Below, in pieces: positions 54,287 to 63,813 of a stretch of DNA of 64,000 nucleotides. The notes under the pieces were generated by a model. That model was not told the origin of the DNA. It searched no databases and saw nothing but the letters and a program-made list of their open reading frames with translations. The translations under genes and the position numbers were made by a program. This stretch comes from Deltaproteobacteria bacterium (GTDB lineage: Bacteria; Myxococcota_A; UBA9160; SMWR01), in NCBI GenBank assembly GCA_032128375.1, contig JAQBGU010000002.1:6400-70399 (forward strand), read 5' to 3'. Position 1 is the stretch's first letter, and each line of letters begins with the position of its first letter.

Positions 54287-57172
54287 TCAGAAGTTGAAGA
54301 TCACGCTGCCGCCGACCGTTCGGGGATCCCCCACGAAATAGATGCTGGTGTTGGTGAAGGTGCTGCCGTCGAAGGCAAAGGTCTTGTACGCCTCATTGGT
54401 CAGGTTGCGCACCCATCCCGCGACTTCGAACCGGCCGCCGGGCGCTCTGTAGGACAGTCTCAAGTTGTGCAACCAGAACGGTGTCTGTGAGGTGGTGTGG
54501 TCTGGGAGAAACTCGATGTTCTGGTTGTTCGGGATCCCTCGGCCCTCCGTCGCATCGAAAAAGGTCTCGTCGGTCCAGACCCCGTCGTAGCGCAATGTCA
54601 ACGAGCCGTACGACCACAGCGGAAGCGTCTGCTCACCGGTCATACTGATCTTGAACCTGGGAGAATTGAGCAGCGAGTTACCGGTGTTCTGGAGTTCGCG
54701 GTTGACGACGACCTTGGCGCCTGAAATGACCGTTGTGTCCTGCTGGATCTGAACGAAGTCGAGAAACTCGCTTTCGATCCAACCGACCCGGAGATTGGCG
54801 AACGCCCCGTACCAGGGCCGGATCACCGCGTCGAGTTCCGCGCCGTACACCTCGGCCGCATCCGCATTGATGATCACGAACTCCGGCTGGCCACCGACGA
54901 ACTGCTGGGCGGTGAACAGCTGGTAGTCGGAATAGGAGTAGTAGAACACCGAGAAGTCGACGCTCAGGCGCCCATCGAGCCAGCTTCCGCTCACCCCGGT
55001 TTCGAACGAGTCGATTGTCTCGGGCCGCGCGACCGAGACCCCCTGTCCCGGCGAGCTGGTGGCATTGTAGGTCCCGGGCTTGAAGCCGCGCGTGTACTTC
55101 CAGAAGGCGTGCGTGTCCTCGCGGAAGCGGTAGGTCAGACGAATCGTACCGGTAGGGTCCTGCCAGATATCGTTGAGCAACTCCGGGCAGATCCCATCCG
55201 GACCACACTGAGTTCCTGAGAAGAGCTCGTAGTCGAGCTTCTTTTGTTCCCAGTTGTATCGGATGCCACCGTCGAGCGTGAAATCGTCCCAGAAGTCGAA
55301 GGCCAGGCTCAGGTAGCCCGCTGCGCTATAGACGTCCTGGGTGTAAACGCGCTTGCCAACTCCGAAAGTACCCGCCACCCCTGGACCCAGATCGTTCGTG
55401 ACCTCGACGTCGAGATTCTCACGCAGAAACCAACCGCCGACCTCCCAGCGGGCACGCCCTTCGCGGAACTGGCCATCGAGTTTGATGTCCTGTGTGAACT
55501 GCCAGCCCTCGTCGTCCGTCTCGATCTGGAACAAGGTCTCTGGCGAAAAGTCGAGGTCGATATCGAGGAAGCGGTCGTAGGTGTCGTAGCCGCTGATCGT
55601 GGCGAGCTGCATTCCCAGCGGCAGCGCGATGTCGCCCTTGAGATAGCCCCCCCAGGTGTCGTTTATCGTTTTTCCGGCATTCTTCTTACACTGCGTTCCG
55701 GGTGCTCCTCCGATGAACACGCCGTTTTCATCAAAAGATGGATCAGTATCGCTTTTTGCGCCGCAGATGTTGAAGTCGCCTACCCACGGCTTGGAGTCGA
55801 GATCCGTGAGTTCCTTGGCCAATATGACCTTCGCCGTGTCCAATTCCTGCCCTCTGAAAGCCTGGGGAACACAGCGGCTCCCTTCCGGGCTGCCAGGTAC
55901 AGAAATGTTCCCCGGTACTGCCGGGTAGCAGTTGGGGGCCAGCTCTCTCAGTCGCTGCCGGATCTCGGGTGCGCGATACCCGGGACTCGTCAGCACCCCT
56001 TGGGTCCCCCCCAACGTGCCGCCGATAAACGCTGTCCCGGGTCGATTTTCGATGCAATTGGAGACGTCGCCGTTCGCACAGGTGTTCCCAAACGTTCCAA
56101 TGGATTGGCCGAGGCGGGTCAACTCGTCCCGCCGTGAGCCGTGTGCATTCACCAGAAAGCTCGCATCCAGCGTGGGTTGGAATAGAAAGGTTCCGCGTGC
56201 CGCCCAGTTGTTGGTGTCGTTTACGTGATCGGGGAGCCCCGGAGGGACTTGCCCGGACATGTACTGCGGAATTCCTCCCCCGGGATTGGCCAGGTTTTCG
56301 TTGACGTTGAGTCTGACCGGTTCGCCACAGACCGACCAGGGTCGGTCTGTGTTCAGAAGACCTGATCGTTGGAGTACCGCGTTCGATGGGACCGCAGCGC
56401 GTTCGGAGTAGGGTTTGGCGCCTCCGCAGCGGTTCTTCATGGTCCCATCGCGCTCGGTCAAACGGAAGGCGAATCGAGCCGAAAGGATGTCCTCGAAAAG
56501 CGGAGTTTCGACGGCGCCCTCGTAGTCACGAAACCCAAAGTCGCCAAGGTCGCTGCGAAGGAAACCACCGAATTCGCCCGTAGGCTTGCGGGAGTAGATC
56601 TTGATCGCCCCCGCCGACGCATTGCGCGCGAGGCCGGTGCCCTGGGGTCCACGCAGGACGTTGACAGCCTCGATGTCGAAGAGCGTGTCGAGTTGCAGCG
56701 CTGGGGCGTTTCTGACCACGTCGTCTTGATAGATGGCGACAGCACCGGTTGAATTGGAGTTGAAGTCGTTGAGGCCGACGCCGCGGATGAAAAAGGTCGG
56801 CGAGGTCGCACCGTAGGACACGATTTCGAGATTGGGGGTAAACGCCGCGATGTCGGCGATGTTCTGGGCACCCAGTGCCGCCAGGTCCTCGGCGCCGAAG
56901 CCCGTCACCGAGTCGGCGACACTGAAATCACGCGCGGCATCCGATTCGCCGCCCCGCACCAGGAACTCCTCGATTCCGGGCCGGGACGGCGGTTCCCGAT
57001 CGAAACCGGGCGATGCCTCGTCGTCGGAATCCGGCAGGGGCTCTTGTGCCCGTGCCGGCGGCGCAGCGACGATCGCCAGCGCGTACCCGACCGCGATTGC
57101 AACGGCGACCCAGGAATTTCCGCATTGGGTGTGGGGCAGCCCGTGGCCCCGTCGCTCGACTCGACTCTGCAT
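54287..57172 (-). CDS. TonB-dependent receptor
   Basis: Signal peptide ...WVAVAIAVGYALAIVAAPPARAQ; plug motifs IEEFLVRGG, NIADIAAFTPN, FIRGVG, AVAIYQDDV; long beta-barrel ending ...GGSVIFNF. AAGGA lies upstream of ATG 57172 (alternative 57193). Confidence 0.9.
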   Translation of the reverse strand: MQSRVERRGHGLPHTQCGNSWVAVAIAVGYALAIVAAPPARAQEPLPDSDDEASPGFDREPPSRPGIEEFLVRGGESDAARDFSVADSVTGFGAEDLAALGAQNIADIAAFTPNLEIVSYGATSPTFFIRGVGLNDFNSNSTGAVAIYQDDVVRNAPALQLDTLFDIEAVNVLRGPQGTGLARNASAGAIKIYSRKPTGEFGGFLRSDLGDFGFRDYEGAVETPLFEDILSARFAFRLTERDGTMKNRCGGAKPYSERAAVPSNAVLQRSGLLNTDRPWSVCGEPVRLNVNENLANPGGGIPQYMSGQVPPGLPDHVNDTNNWAARGTFLFQPTLDASFLVNAHGSRRDELTRLGQSIGTFGNTCANGDVSNCIENRPGTAFIGGTLGGTQGVLTSPGYRAPEIRQRLRELAPNCYPAVPGNISVPGSPEGSRCVPQAFRGQELDTAKVILAKELTDLDSKPWVGDFNICGAKSDTDPSFDENGVFIGGAPGTQCKKNAGKTINDTWGGYLKGDIALPLGMQLATISGYDTYDRFLDIDLDFSPETLFQIETDDEGWQFTQDIKLDGQFREGRARWEVGGWFLRENLDVEVTNDLGPGVAGTFGVGKRVYTQDVYSAAGYLSLAFDFWDDFTLDGGIRYNWEQKKLDYELFSGTQCGPDGICPELLNDIWQDPTGTIRLTYRFREDTHAFWKYTRGFKPGTYNATSSPGQGVSVARPETIDSFETGVSGSWLDGRLSVDFSVFYYSYSDYQLFTAQQFVGGQPEFVIINADAAEVYGAELDAVIRPWYGAFANLRVGWIESEFLDFVQIQQDTTVISGAKVVVNRELQNTGNSLLNSPRFKISMTGEQTLPLWSYGSLTLRYDGVWTDETFFDATEGRGIPNNQNIEFLPDHTTSQTPFWLHNLRLSYRAPGGRFEVAGWVRNLTNEAYKTFAFDGSTFTNTSIYFVGDPRTVGGSVIFNF

Positions 57173-57198
57173 CCGATTCCTTCCGGCCATCATCCACT

Positions 57199-57249
57199 CA
57201 CTACCGGTTTGACTACCAGTTCGACTACCAGTCTCGTCCAGTCTCGTCT
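57199..57249. repeat. two adjoining short tandem repeats (12-bp GACTACCAGTTC-like x3; 10-bp CAGTCTCGTC x2)
   Basis: CACTACCGGTTT GACTACCAGTTC GACTACCAGTCT CGTCCAGTCT CGTCTCG, in the 134-bp divergent region between the TonB-dependent receptor and the 57328 gene. Confidence 0.85.
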
Positions 57250-57327
57250 CGCGGGTGCGAGGATCGAAATCCCCGTTCGATTGGGAGCATATCCCGGAGC
57301 ATTCAACTGTGATAATACTATGCGGCC

Positions 57328-58392
57328 ATGAGAAGAAATAGTGTATTCCTGACGGTTGGCGCAATCGTTGCTCTCCAATTGCCAGCTGCGAATGTGTCTG
57401 GTGCCGAGGCAAGCGGCGATCCGGACGTGTCGTCCCAGCAGACTGGACAGTCGGGAGAGGAACGCTGGGTGCCCTCGCTGGCGATCATCAGCGGCGTGGT
57501 CTTCTCCGAGCAGAAGGGATCTGGGGATTTTTCCCTGATCCAGGGCATGAGCAGTCCCGTACCCCCTTGCGCCGCGAACGACACAAGATCCGAGTGCCGT
57601 ACGCTGTCTCCTCAAACCCCGATCGATGGGGATGACCGGGCCGTCGTTCCCTTCGTCGGCGGAACGCTGGAGCTGATGACACCGGCGCTCCCGATCCCGA
57701 CGAGGCCGAGGTTGTTTCTGAGTGCAGAATTGGTCGCCGCGTTTGCCTCGCAGCGCGAGGTCGCTCTGGATGGGAATACGGGCTGTATCAGGGGGCCGGA
57801 ACCCGACGCCCCGTGTGCGGTCGACGCGAACCCGCGCGACAACCCCTACCCGGAGGATTCCCTCAATGGCACCGGCGCGCGCACCACAGCAGAGATCGGC
57901 AACTACATGTACGGTGTGAATCTGGGCGCCGCTTTCCCTGTCCAGTTTGGAAAGCGCCAACTCCGAATCAAGCCCTCGGTGGGATGGTTCAATTACAAGA
58001 TCGAGGCCAAAGGAACGTTGGTGACGGGTTTCTGCCAAGACGCATTTCCCGATTGTGTGGACTTCACCGACAACCAAGGCAATATGAGCTTCGGCTTCTT
58101 GCGCGACATCACGCAAAGCGGCACGGATTCCCGTAGGTTCAACGGAATCGGCCCGGGCCTCGACATCGAATTGGATACGGGTCGCTACGGTCCGATCGGT
58201 TCGGCGATCTTCATCGGTGCTCGTGCCTATCACATCCTGGGCAACCGAAAGATCTCCTTCAGCTCCAGCCAGAGCTTCGACGACCAGTTCGGGATGGACA
58301 CCTCCATCGCCGACTTCGAGGTCGAAGTCGACCCGTGGATGTTCCGAGTCCACCTGGGGATCCGTTTCCAGTGGTTGGGAAGCGCGATCTAG
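57328..58392 (+). CDS. secreted hypothetical protein, probable outer-membrane beta-barrel
   Basis: Signal peptide MRRNSVFLTVGAIVALQLPAANVSGAEA. Alternating beta-strand-like segments and an aromatic C-terminus ...VHLGIRFQWLGSAI. Confidence 0.6.
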   Translation: MRRNSVFLTVGAIVALQLPAANVSGAEASGDPDVSSQQTGQSGEERWVPSLAIISGVVFSEQKGSGDFSLIQGMSSPVPPCAANDTRSECRTLSPQTPIDGDDRAVVPFVGGTLELMTPALPIPTRPRLFLSAELVAAFASQREVALDGNTGCIRGPEPDAPCAVDANPRDNPYPEDSLNGTGARTTAEIGNYMYGVNLGAAFPVQFGKRQLRIKPSVGWFNYKIEAKGTLVTGFCQDAFPDCVDFTDNQGNMSFGFLRDITQSGTDSRRFNGIGPGLDIELDTGRYGPIGSAIFIGARAYHILGNRKISFSSSQSFDDQFGMDTSIADFEVEVDPWMFRVHLGIRFQWLGSAI

Positions 58393-58587
58393 GCGCACCG
58401 ACGATGGGGTAGCGCTCAGGAGCTGAGAGCAGCCCCTTTGTCCCTAGTCGCCTGCGATCGCACCTCCGATGTGCAGCCAACCGGGGGCTTTTCGGTCCGC
58501 GAACAGGTTTCTTGACTTTCGGCAGCGGATTTGTGGTTAAATCTCGGACCCCTGCGTGGGGTGTGATTCGATTCTTTGGAGGTCTGC

Positions 58588-59418
58588 ATGGGATATTCAA
58601 TTGGTGGATGGTCGAGGCTCGCGAGCGCTGGTGCACTCGGGGCCTTGGCCATTCTCGTTGGTGCGACAGCGGTCGCCCAGGACGTGTTCCCCGATGCCGA
58701 CATGCAGGCCGAGAAAGCCGCGCTCGACAAGCTGTTCGATGAACGCTTGGTCGCCAACGACGAGTCGGCGGCCGTACAGAGGCGCATCGAAGCTACGAGC
58801 GATGCAACCGACGAACTACTCGCGAAATATCGGACGGCGTTGAAGCAGACGGACGCGATCCGCGTTTACAACAGCCAGATGCGCGATCTGATCGCATCGC
58901 AGGAAGACGAACTGGCCTCGCTCCAGAGCCAGCTCGACCAGGTCGAGGTCGTCGGACGAAACGTGATGCCGCTGATGTCGAAGATGGTCGACGCCTACGA
59001 ATCTCTGGTCGGGCTCGACCTGCCGTTTCTGATCGACGAACGCAACAAGCGCGTGATGGAGCTGCGCACGATGATGAAGCGTTCGGATGTCACCAGTGCG
59101 GAGAAGTACCGGCGCGTCATGGAAGCATACCAGATCGAGAACGAGTACGGCCGCACGATCGAGGCGTACCGTTCGACGCTCGATCTCGGCGGTCGCGAAG
59201 TCACGGTCGACTTCCTGCGCTTCGGCCGGATCGCGCTCGTCTATCAGACTCCAGATGGTACCGAGTCTGGTGTATGGAACCAGGAAACCAGGTCCTGGGA
59301 CCCGCTGGACGCGGGCTATCGCGGAGCGCTCCGCGACGGGCTTCGAATCGCGCGCAAACAGGCGGCTCCGGATCTGATCCGGCTGCCGCTGCCCGCGCCC
59401 GAAGCGGGAGCGAGCTGA
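58588..59418 (+). CDS. DUF3450 protein (TtpB-like component of TonB2-type systems)
   Basis: Signal peptide, coiled coil, then ...MPLMSKMVDAYESLVGLDLPFLIDERNKRVMELRTMMKRSDVTSAEKYRRVMEAYQIENEYGRTIEAY...FLRFGRIALVYQT. GGAGG lies 5 nt upstream. Confidence 0.8.
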   Translation: MGYSIGGWSRLASAGALGALAILVGATAVAQDVFPDADMQAEKAALDKLFDERLVANDESAAVQRRIEATSDATDELLAKYRTALKQTDAIRVYNSQMRDLIASQEDELASLQSQLDQVEVVGRNVMPLMSKMVDAYESLVGLDLPFLIDERNKRVMELRTMMKRSDVTSAEKYRRVMEAYQIENEYGRTIEAYRSTLDLGGREVTVDFLRFGRIALVYQTPDGTESGVWNQETRSWDPLDAGYRGALRDGLRIARKQAAPDLIRLPLPAPEAGAS

Positions 59419-60884
59419 TGAGTGCGTTCACCAACATGCGAATCGTGATTCTTCTCGCTTTCGCTGTGGCGTTATCGGCCACATCGGCGTCGGCCCAGAA
59501 CGCGGCCAATTCGGAAACTGCTCCGAAGCCCAGGACGGAAGTTCCGGCGCAGACCGACGCCGAAAAGATGCAGGCGAAGGCCGCTGCCGAAGCCCCGAAA
59601 CCGGCGTCCCTGAAGGATCTGCTCGATTTGGTGAAGGGCGGCTTCACCGTCGAGCGCACGGAGAACCGGGAACGCGAGGCCGCGTTCGTTCGCGCGAAAG
59701 AGCAGCAGCAGGCTTTGCTCGATCAGGCGCACGCCGAACTGACAAGCCAGGAGAGCCTCAGCGAAAAGCTCGAGCGGCGTTACAACGAAAACGAACCCGT
59801 GATTGCGGAATCCGAAGCGCGACTCACCCTGCGGCTCGGCGAACTCGGCGAACTCTTCGGTGTCGTGCGCCAGGTCGCAACCGACCTGTCGGGACAGACC
59901 TGGGAATCGGTCACGAGTTCGCAGCTGAGCGGACGAGGCGAACTCCTCGACCGTCTCGGCCGCAGCAAGGAACTCCCGAGTACGGACGACCTCGAGAGGC
60001 TCTGGTACGAACTCAATCGAGAGATCATCGAGCAAGGCAAGATCGTCCGGTACGAAGCCGAAGTGCTCACGCTCGAGGGGAAGAAGGAGCCGCAAGAAGT
60101 CGTCCGGGCCGGGCCGTTCAGTGTCGTCGCCAACGGCAAGTACCTGCTGTGGGAATCCGCGGACCAGATTCTGGTGGAGATGAAACGTCAACCGCCGAGC
60201 AAGTACGTCGACACCGTGTCCGATTTCGCGAACGCAACGAGCGGTTACGTCCAATTCGCGCTCGATCCCTCGCAAGGTTCGCTGTTGAACATGCTGGTCG
60301 AAACTCCCAGCCGCACCGAACGGGTGCAGCAGGGCGGCGCGGTGGGTGCTGTAATCATTGTTCTCGGGGTCATCGGTGGGCTCATCGGACTCTGGCGCTG
60401 GATCGCGATATCCGTCACGAGCCGCAGGGTAAATGCACAGCGGAAAGTGTCACGAGCCGATGACCGCAACCCGCTGGGTCGGATCCTCAAGATTTCCGAG
60501 GACGACCGCAGCGCCGATACCGAGACGCTCGAACTCAAGCTCGATGAAGTGGTTTTGCGCGAGACGTCGAGACTCGAGCGCTTTCTGTGGTTGGTGAAGA
60601 CGGTTTCCGTCGTGGCCCCGCTGCTCGGATTGCTGGGCACGGTGACCGGAATGATCCAGACGTTCCAGGCGATCACGTTGTTCGGCGCCGGCGATCCCAA
60701 GATGATGGCGGGCGGCATCTCCGAGGCACTCGTCACGACCATGCTCGGACTCACCGTCGCGATCCCGATGGTGCTCCTCTACGAGACGCTCGCGAACAGC
60801 ACGCGCCGCGTGACCGACATCCTCGACGAACAGAGTGCCGGACTGATCGCGCAACGTGCTGAGGACAGTCATGTGGGAGATTGA
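59418..60884 (+). CDS. large MotA/TolQ/ExbB proton-channel family protein (TtpC-like)
   Basis: Signal peptide, long coiled-coil periplasmic region, and a C-terminal channel domain ...VSVVAPLLGLLGTVTGMIQTFQAI...GGISEALVTTMLGLTVAIP. The ATG overlaps the upstream TGA (ATGA). Confidence 0.85.
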   Translation: MSAFTNMRIVILLAFAVALSATSASAQNAANSETAPKPRTEVPAQTDAEKMQAKAAAEAPKPASLKDLLDLVKGGFTVERTENREREAAFVRAKEQQQALLDQAHAELTSQESLSEKLERRYNENEPVIAESEARLTLRLGELGELFGVVRQVATDLSGQTWESVTSSQLSGRGELLDRLGRSKELPSTDDLERLWYELNREIIEQGKIVRYEAEVLTLEGKKEPQEVVRAGPFSVVANGKYLLWESADQILVEMKRQPPSKYVDTVSDFANATSGYVQFALDPSQGSLLNMLVETPSRTERVQQGGAVGAVIIVLGVIGGLIGLWRWIAISVTSRRVNAQRKVSRADDRNPLGRILKISEDDRSADTETLELKLDEVVLRETSRLERFLWLVKTVSVVAPLLGLLGTVTGMIQTFQAITLFGAGDPKMMAGGISEALVTTMLGLTVAIPMVLLYETLANSTRRVTDILDEQSAGLIAQRAEDSHVGD

Positions 60885-61392
60885 GATCGTCGCATCGGTT
60901 CGCGAATTCGTAGAGCGTGGCGGCGACGTTCTGCTGGTCATCGCTTTCACGACGTCGGTGATGTGGACGCTGATGATCGAGCGCTTCTGGTATTTCAGGA
61001 TCGGGCACCGGCGCGAGAAGGCGCGGGTGCAGGCCAGCTGGGAGGATCGCGTCGATCGTTCGTCGTGGAACGCGCACCAGATCCGGCGGCTCATGATCTC
61101 ACAGGTTTCCGCAAAATTGAATGCCGGTCTGGGGATGATCAACACGACCGTCGCGATATGTCCGATGCTCGGCCTGCTCGGCACGGTCACAGGCATGATC
61201 GAGGTCTTCGATGTGATGGCAGCGGGTGCCGGCAACACACGGGGAATGGCGGGCGGCGTCTCGAAGGCGACATTGCCGACGATGGCCGGAATGGTGGCCG
61301 CGCTCTCCGGCATGCTGTTCAGCATCCAGTTGCAACGTTTCGCACAAGACGAAGCGCAGCGCGTCGCCGAACGGCTGGAAATCGCACGATAA
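60871..61392 (+). CDS. exbB: MotA/TolQ/ExbB proton-channel protein
   Basis: ...TVAICPMLGLLGTVTGMIEVFDVM...GGVSKATLPTMAGMVAALSG. The start overlaps the upstream gene by 14 nt. Confidence 0.85.
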   Translation: MWEIEIVASVREFVERGGDVLLVIAFTTSVMWTLMIERFWYFRIGHRREKARVQASWEDRVDRSSWNAHQIRRLMISQVSAKLNAGLGMINTTVAICPMLGLLGTVTGMIEVFDVMAAGAGNTRGMAGGVSKATLPTMAGMVAALSGMLFSIQLQRFAQDEAQRVAERLEIAR

Positions 61393-61420
61393 CGCAAAAG
61401 CGAGCAGGACAGAGGAAAGC

Positions 61421-61825
61421 ATGCGCCGACGACGACAAAGGGCCAACGTATCCAGTGAAGTGAACCTGACGCCGATGCTCGACGTCGTGTTCATCATGTT
61501 GATTTTCTTCATCGTGACCGCCTCGTTCGTGAAGGAATCAGGTATCGACGTGACGCGTCCACCCGCAGCCACCGCAACCCGAAAGGAGCGTGGCAACATC
61601 CTGATCGCAATCACCGCAAACGATCAGGTCTGGATGGATCGGCGCCAGGTCGATCCGCGCGCGCTGCGAGCGAACATCGAACGCATGCACGCCGAAAACC
61701 CGCAAGGCAGCGTGGTGATCCAGGCCGACACGAAATCGACCAATGGTCTGCTCGTCAAGGTGATGGATGCCGCCCGCTCGTCGGGTGTATCGAGCGTTTC
61801 GCTGGCCGCCGAGGTCGTCAACTAG
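61421..61825 (+). CDS. exbD: biopolymer transport protein ExbD/TolR
   Basis: MRRRRQRANVSSEVNLTPMLDVVFIMLIFFIVTASF... Confidence 0.9.
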   Translation: MRRRRQRANVSSEVNLTPMLDVVFIMLIFFIVTASFVKESGIDVTRPPAATATRKERGNILIAITANDQVWMDRRQVDPRALRANIERMHAENPQGSVVIQADTKSTNGLLVKVMDAARSSGVSSVSLAAEVVN

Positions 61826-62436
61826 TGACCTCCAGGCTGCCGGTCGCGACGGCGCTCGCGCTGCTGGTTACCTTCGGTCTGTTCTGGACCATGCAGGCGC
61901 TGATCGGGGCGACGGGCGAACTCAAGGAGGGCCTGCGTTCCCCGACGATCGACTTCGTGCGGCTCAAGCGTGATACGCGGCCCATTGAAAAGGAACGCGA
62001 GCCTCCCAAACGCGAAAAACCCGACCAGCCGCCGCCGCCGCCCGAGATGAACCTCGCGAAGAACATGAACCCCGGTGATGCGGTCGGCGAAATCATCCCG
62101 ATGACCGATATCGACGTGGAACTCGGGAAGGCCACGAAGCTCGGCGCCGGTGGTGGCGACAGCGATGTCGTGCCGCTGGTCCGGGTCGACCCCGAATACC
62201 CGCCGCGGGCGAGGCAGCGTCGGATCGAGGGCTGGGTGGACATCGAATTCACGATCGGCACAGCGGGGACTGTCCACGACGCCAAGGTGATCGGGGCGCA
62301 TCCGAGCACCGTATTCGAGCAGTCGGCCTTGCGCGCGGTCCGCCGCTGGCGGTACAACCCCAAGGTCGTCGACGGTCGCGCCGTGGCGCAACCTGGCGTC
62401 CAGGTGCGTATTCGCTTCGATCTGAGTGGAGCCTGA
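61825..62436 (+). CDS. tonB: energy transducer TonB
   Basis: N-terminal anchor helix; Pro-rich spacer REPPKREKPDQPPPPPE; C-terminal domain PEYPPRARQRRIEGWVDIEFTI...G.V.DAKV...FEQSALRAVRRWRY. The GTG start overlaps the exbD TAG. Confidence 0.9.
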   Translation: MTSRLPVATALALLVTFGLFWTMQALIGATGELKEGLRSPTIDFVRLKRDTRPIEKEREPPKREKPDQPPPPPEMNLAKNMNPGDAVGEIIPMTDIDVELGKATKLGAGGGDSDVVPLVRVDPEYPPRARQRRIEGWVDIEFTIGTAGTVHDAKVIGAHPSTVFEQSALRAVRRWRYNPKVVDGRAVAQPGVQVRIRFDLSGA

Positions 62437-62440
62437 TGCC

Positions 62441-63742
62441 ATGCTGGGTTGTAAACACCGAATCGCACTGCTCGCGGTAGCCGTCGTTCTGCTGATCCAA
62501 CCACCGCTTCTGGCAGCCACCGCAGCGGAGCCCGAGGGGGAAGCGATCGACTTGAAGGCGCTGGAGAAGGATCGCACGGAAAAAGCCGTTCGAAACGCTG
62601 TCAAACCTCGCACCAAGCGCTACCTGGCTGCCGCTGCCGAAAAAGTCGACGAAGGCGAACCAGCCGAAGCCATGCGGCTGCTGAACAAGCTCACCAGAAG
62701 CAGAATCAACTCCAGGGAGCTGGCGGTCGTGAACCGAATGCTCGCCTACGTCGCGTACGGTCAGGACGAATCGGAAGCAGCGATCCAGTACTTCAAATTG
62801 GCATTGGACGCGGAGATGATGTCGATCAGGGATGAGACCAACATCCGCTTCTACATCGCGCAGCTCTACGCGTCGCTCCAGCAGTGGGCCGAAGTCGTTT
62901 CGTGGTTGAATAGCTGGCTACTCTACGTCGAAGAGGTCGATCCACTCGGCCATTACCTGTTGGGGATCGCCCACTATCAGCTGGAGGACTTCGACTCGGC
63001 GATCGCCCATTCGAAGACCGCAATCGAACTGAGCGACGAGCCGCGTGAGGCCTGGCTGCGACTGCTCGCCGCTCTGTACTCCCGCATTCAGGACCACGAC
63101 AACGCCGCACCTGTGCTCGAGGAACTCGTGCTGCGCTTCCCGAAGAAGCAGTACTGGGTTCAACTCTCGTTGATCTACGGTGCCAACGAGAACTATCGGC
63201 GATCGCTGGCTGTGCAGCAGGTCGCGTATTCGCAGAAACTGCTGAGCGGGGACAATGAGCTGCGGCGATTGGCGCGCTCCTACCTGTATCACGATCTACC
63301 CTATCCGGCCGCGAAAGTGCTGGAGGAGGGGCTCGAATCGGGCGCGATCTCGCGAGACTCCGAGGCCTATGAACTGCTTTCGAACAGTTGGATCTCAGCC
63401 CGCGAGTACGAACGATCGATTGGGCCGCTTCGGAAGGCGGCCGCGCTGGCAGAGGACGGCAACCTTTATGTGCGGCTGGGTCAGGTCTACATGCAGGGCG
63501 AGTCGTGGACCGAGGCTTCGGAACTGCTGTCGAAAGCCATCGAAAAGGGCAGCCTGAAGGACCCGGGCAACGCGGCCCTCTTGCTGGGCATCGCCTACTA
63601 CAACGACTCGCGCATCGGCCCCGCTCGCAGCTCCTTCCTGCGCGCGCGAAATCACGATTCGACCCGCGGTGTGGCGGATCGTTGGCTCACCCACCTGGCT
63701 ACCGAAGAAGAGGGCACTGGGGACAACGCCGCCACGGGCTGA
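62441..63742 (+). CDS. TPR-repeat protein (TtpD-like last gene of the TonB2-type cluster)
   Basis: Signal peptide MLGCKHRIALLAVAVVLLIQPPLLAATA, followed by TPR-like repeats. Confidence 0.75.
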   Translation: MLGCKHRIALLAVAVVLLIQPPLLAATAAEPEGEAIDLKALEKDRTEKAVRNAVKPRTKRYLAAAAEKVDEGEPAEAMRLLNKLTRSRINSRELAVVNRMLAYVAYGQDESEAAIQYFKLALDAEMMSIRDETNIRFYIAQLYASLQQWAEVVSWLNSWLLYVEEVDPLGHYLLGIAHYQLEDFDSAIAHSKTAIELSDEPREAWLRLLAALYSRIQDHDNAAPVLEELVLRFPKKQYWVQLSLIYGANENYRRSLAVQQVAYSQKLLSGDNELRRLARSYLYHDLPYPAAKVLEEGLESGAISRDSEAYELLSNSWISAREYERSIGPLRKAAALAEDGNLYVRLGQVYMQGESWTEASELLSKAIEKGSLKDPGNAALLLGIAYYNDSRIGPARSSFLRARNHDSTRGVADRWLTHLATEEEGTGDNAATG

Positions 63743-63813
63743 GGGTCTCGCAGGACTGTCTCACGGCTCGCGTCGTGGTAAGGTGGTGGTGCTCAGTGCT
63801 CGGGGGATTCTCA

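Noticed and set aside
57296-57322. GTGATAATACTAT upstream of the 57328 gene and the TonB-dependent receptor, considered as a possible Fur box.
   Set aside because: Only about 9 of 19 positions match the GATAATGATAATCATTATC consensus, and there is no dyad symmetry.
58406-58542. An imperfect hairpin after the 57328 gene, and TTGACT-N19-TTAAAT upstream of the DUF3450 gene.
   Set aside because: The hairpin has mismatches and only a TTT tail. The promoter spacing of 19 nt is suboptimal. Both are too weak to report as features.
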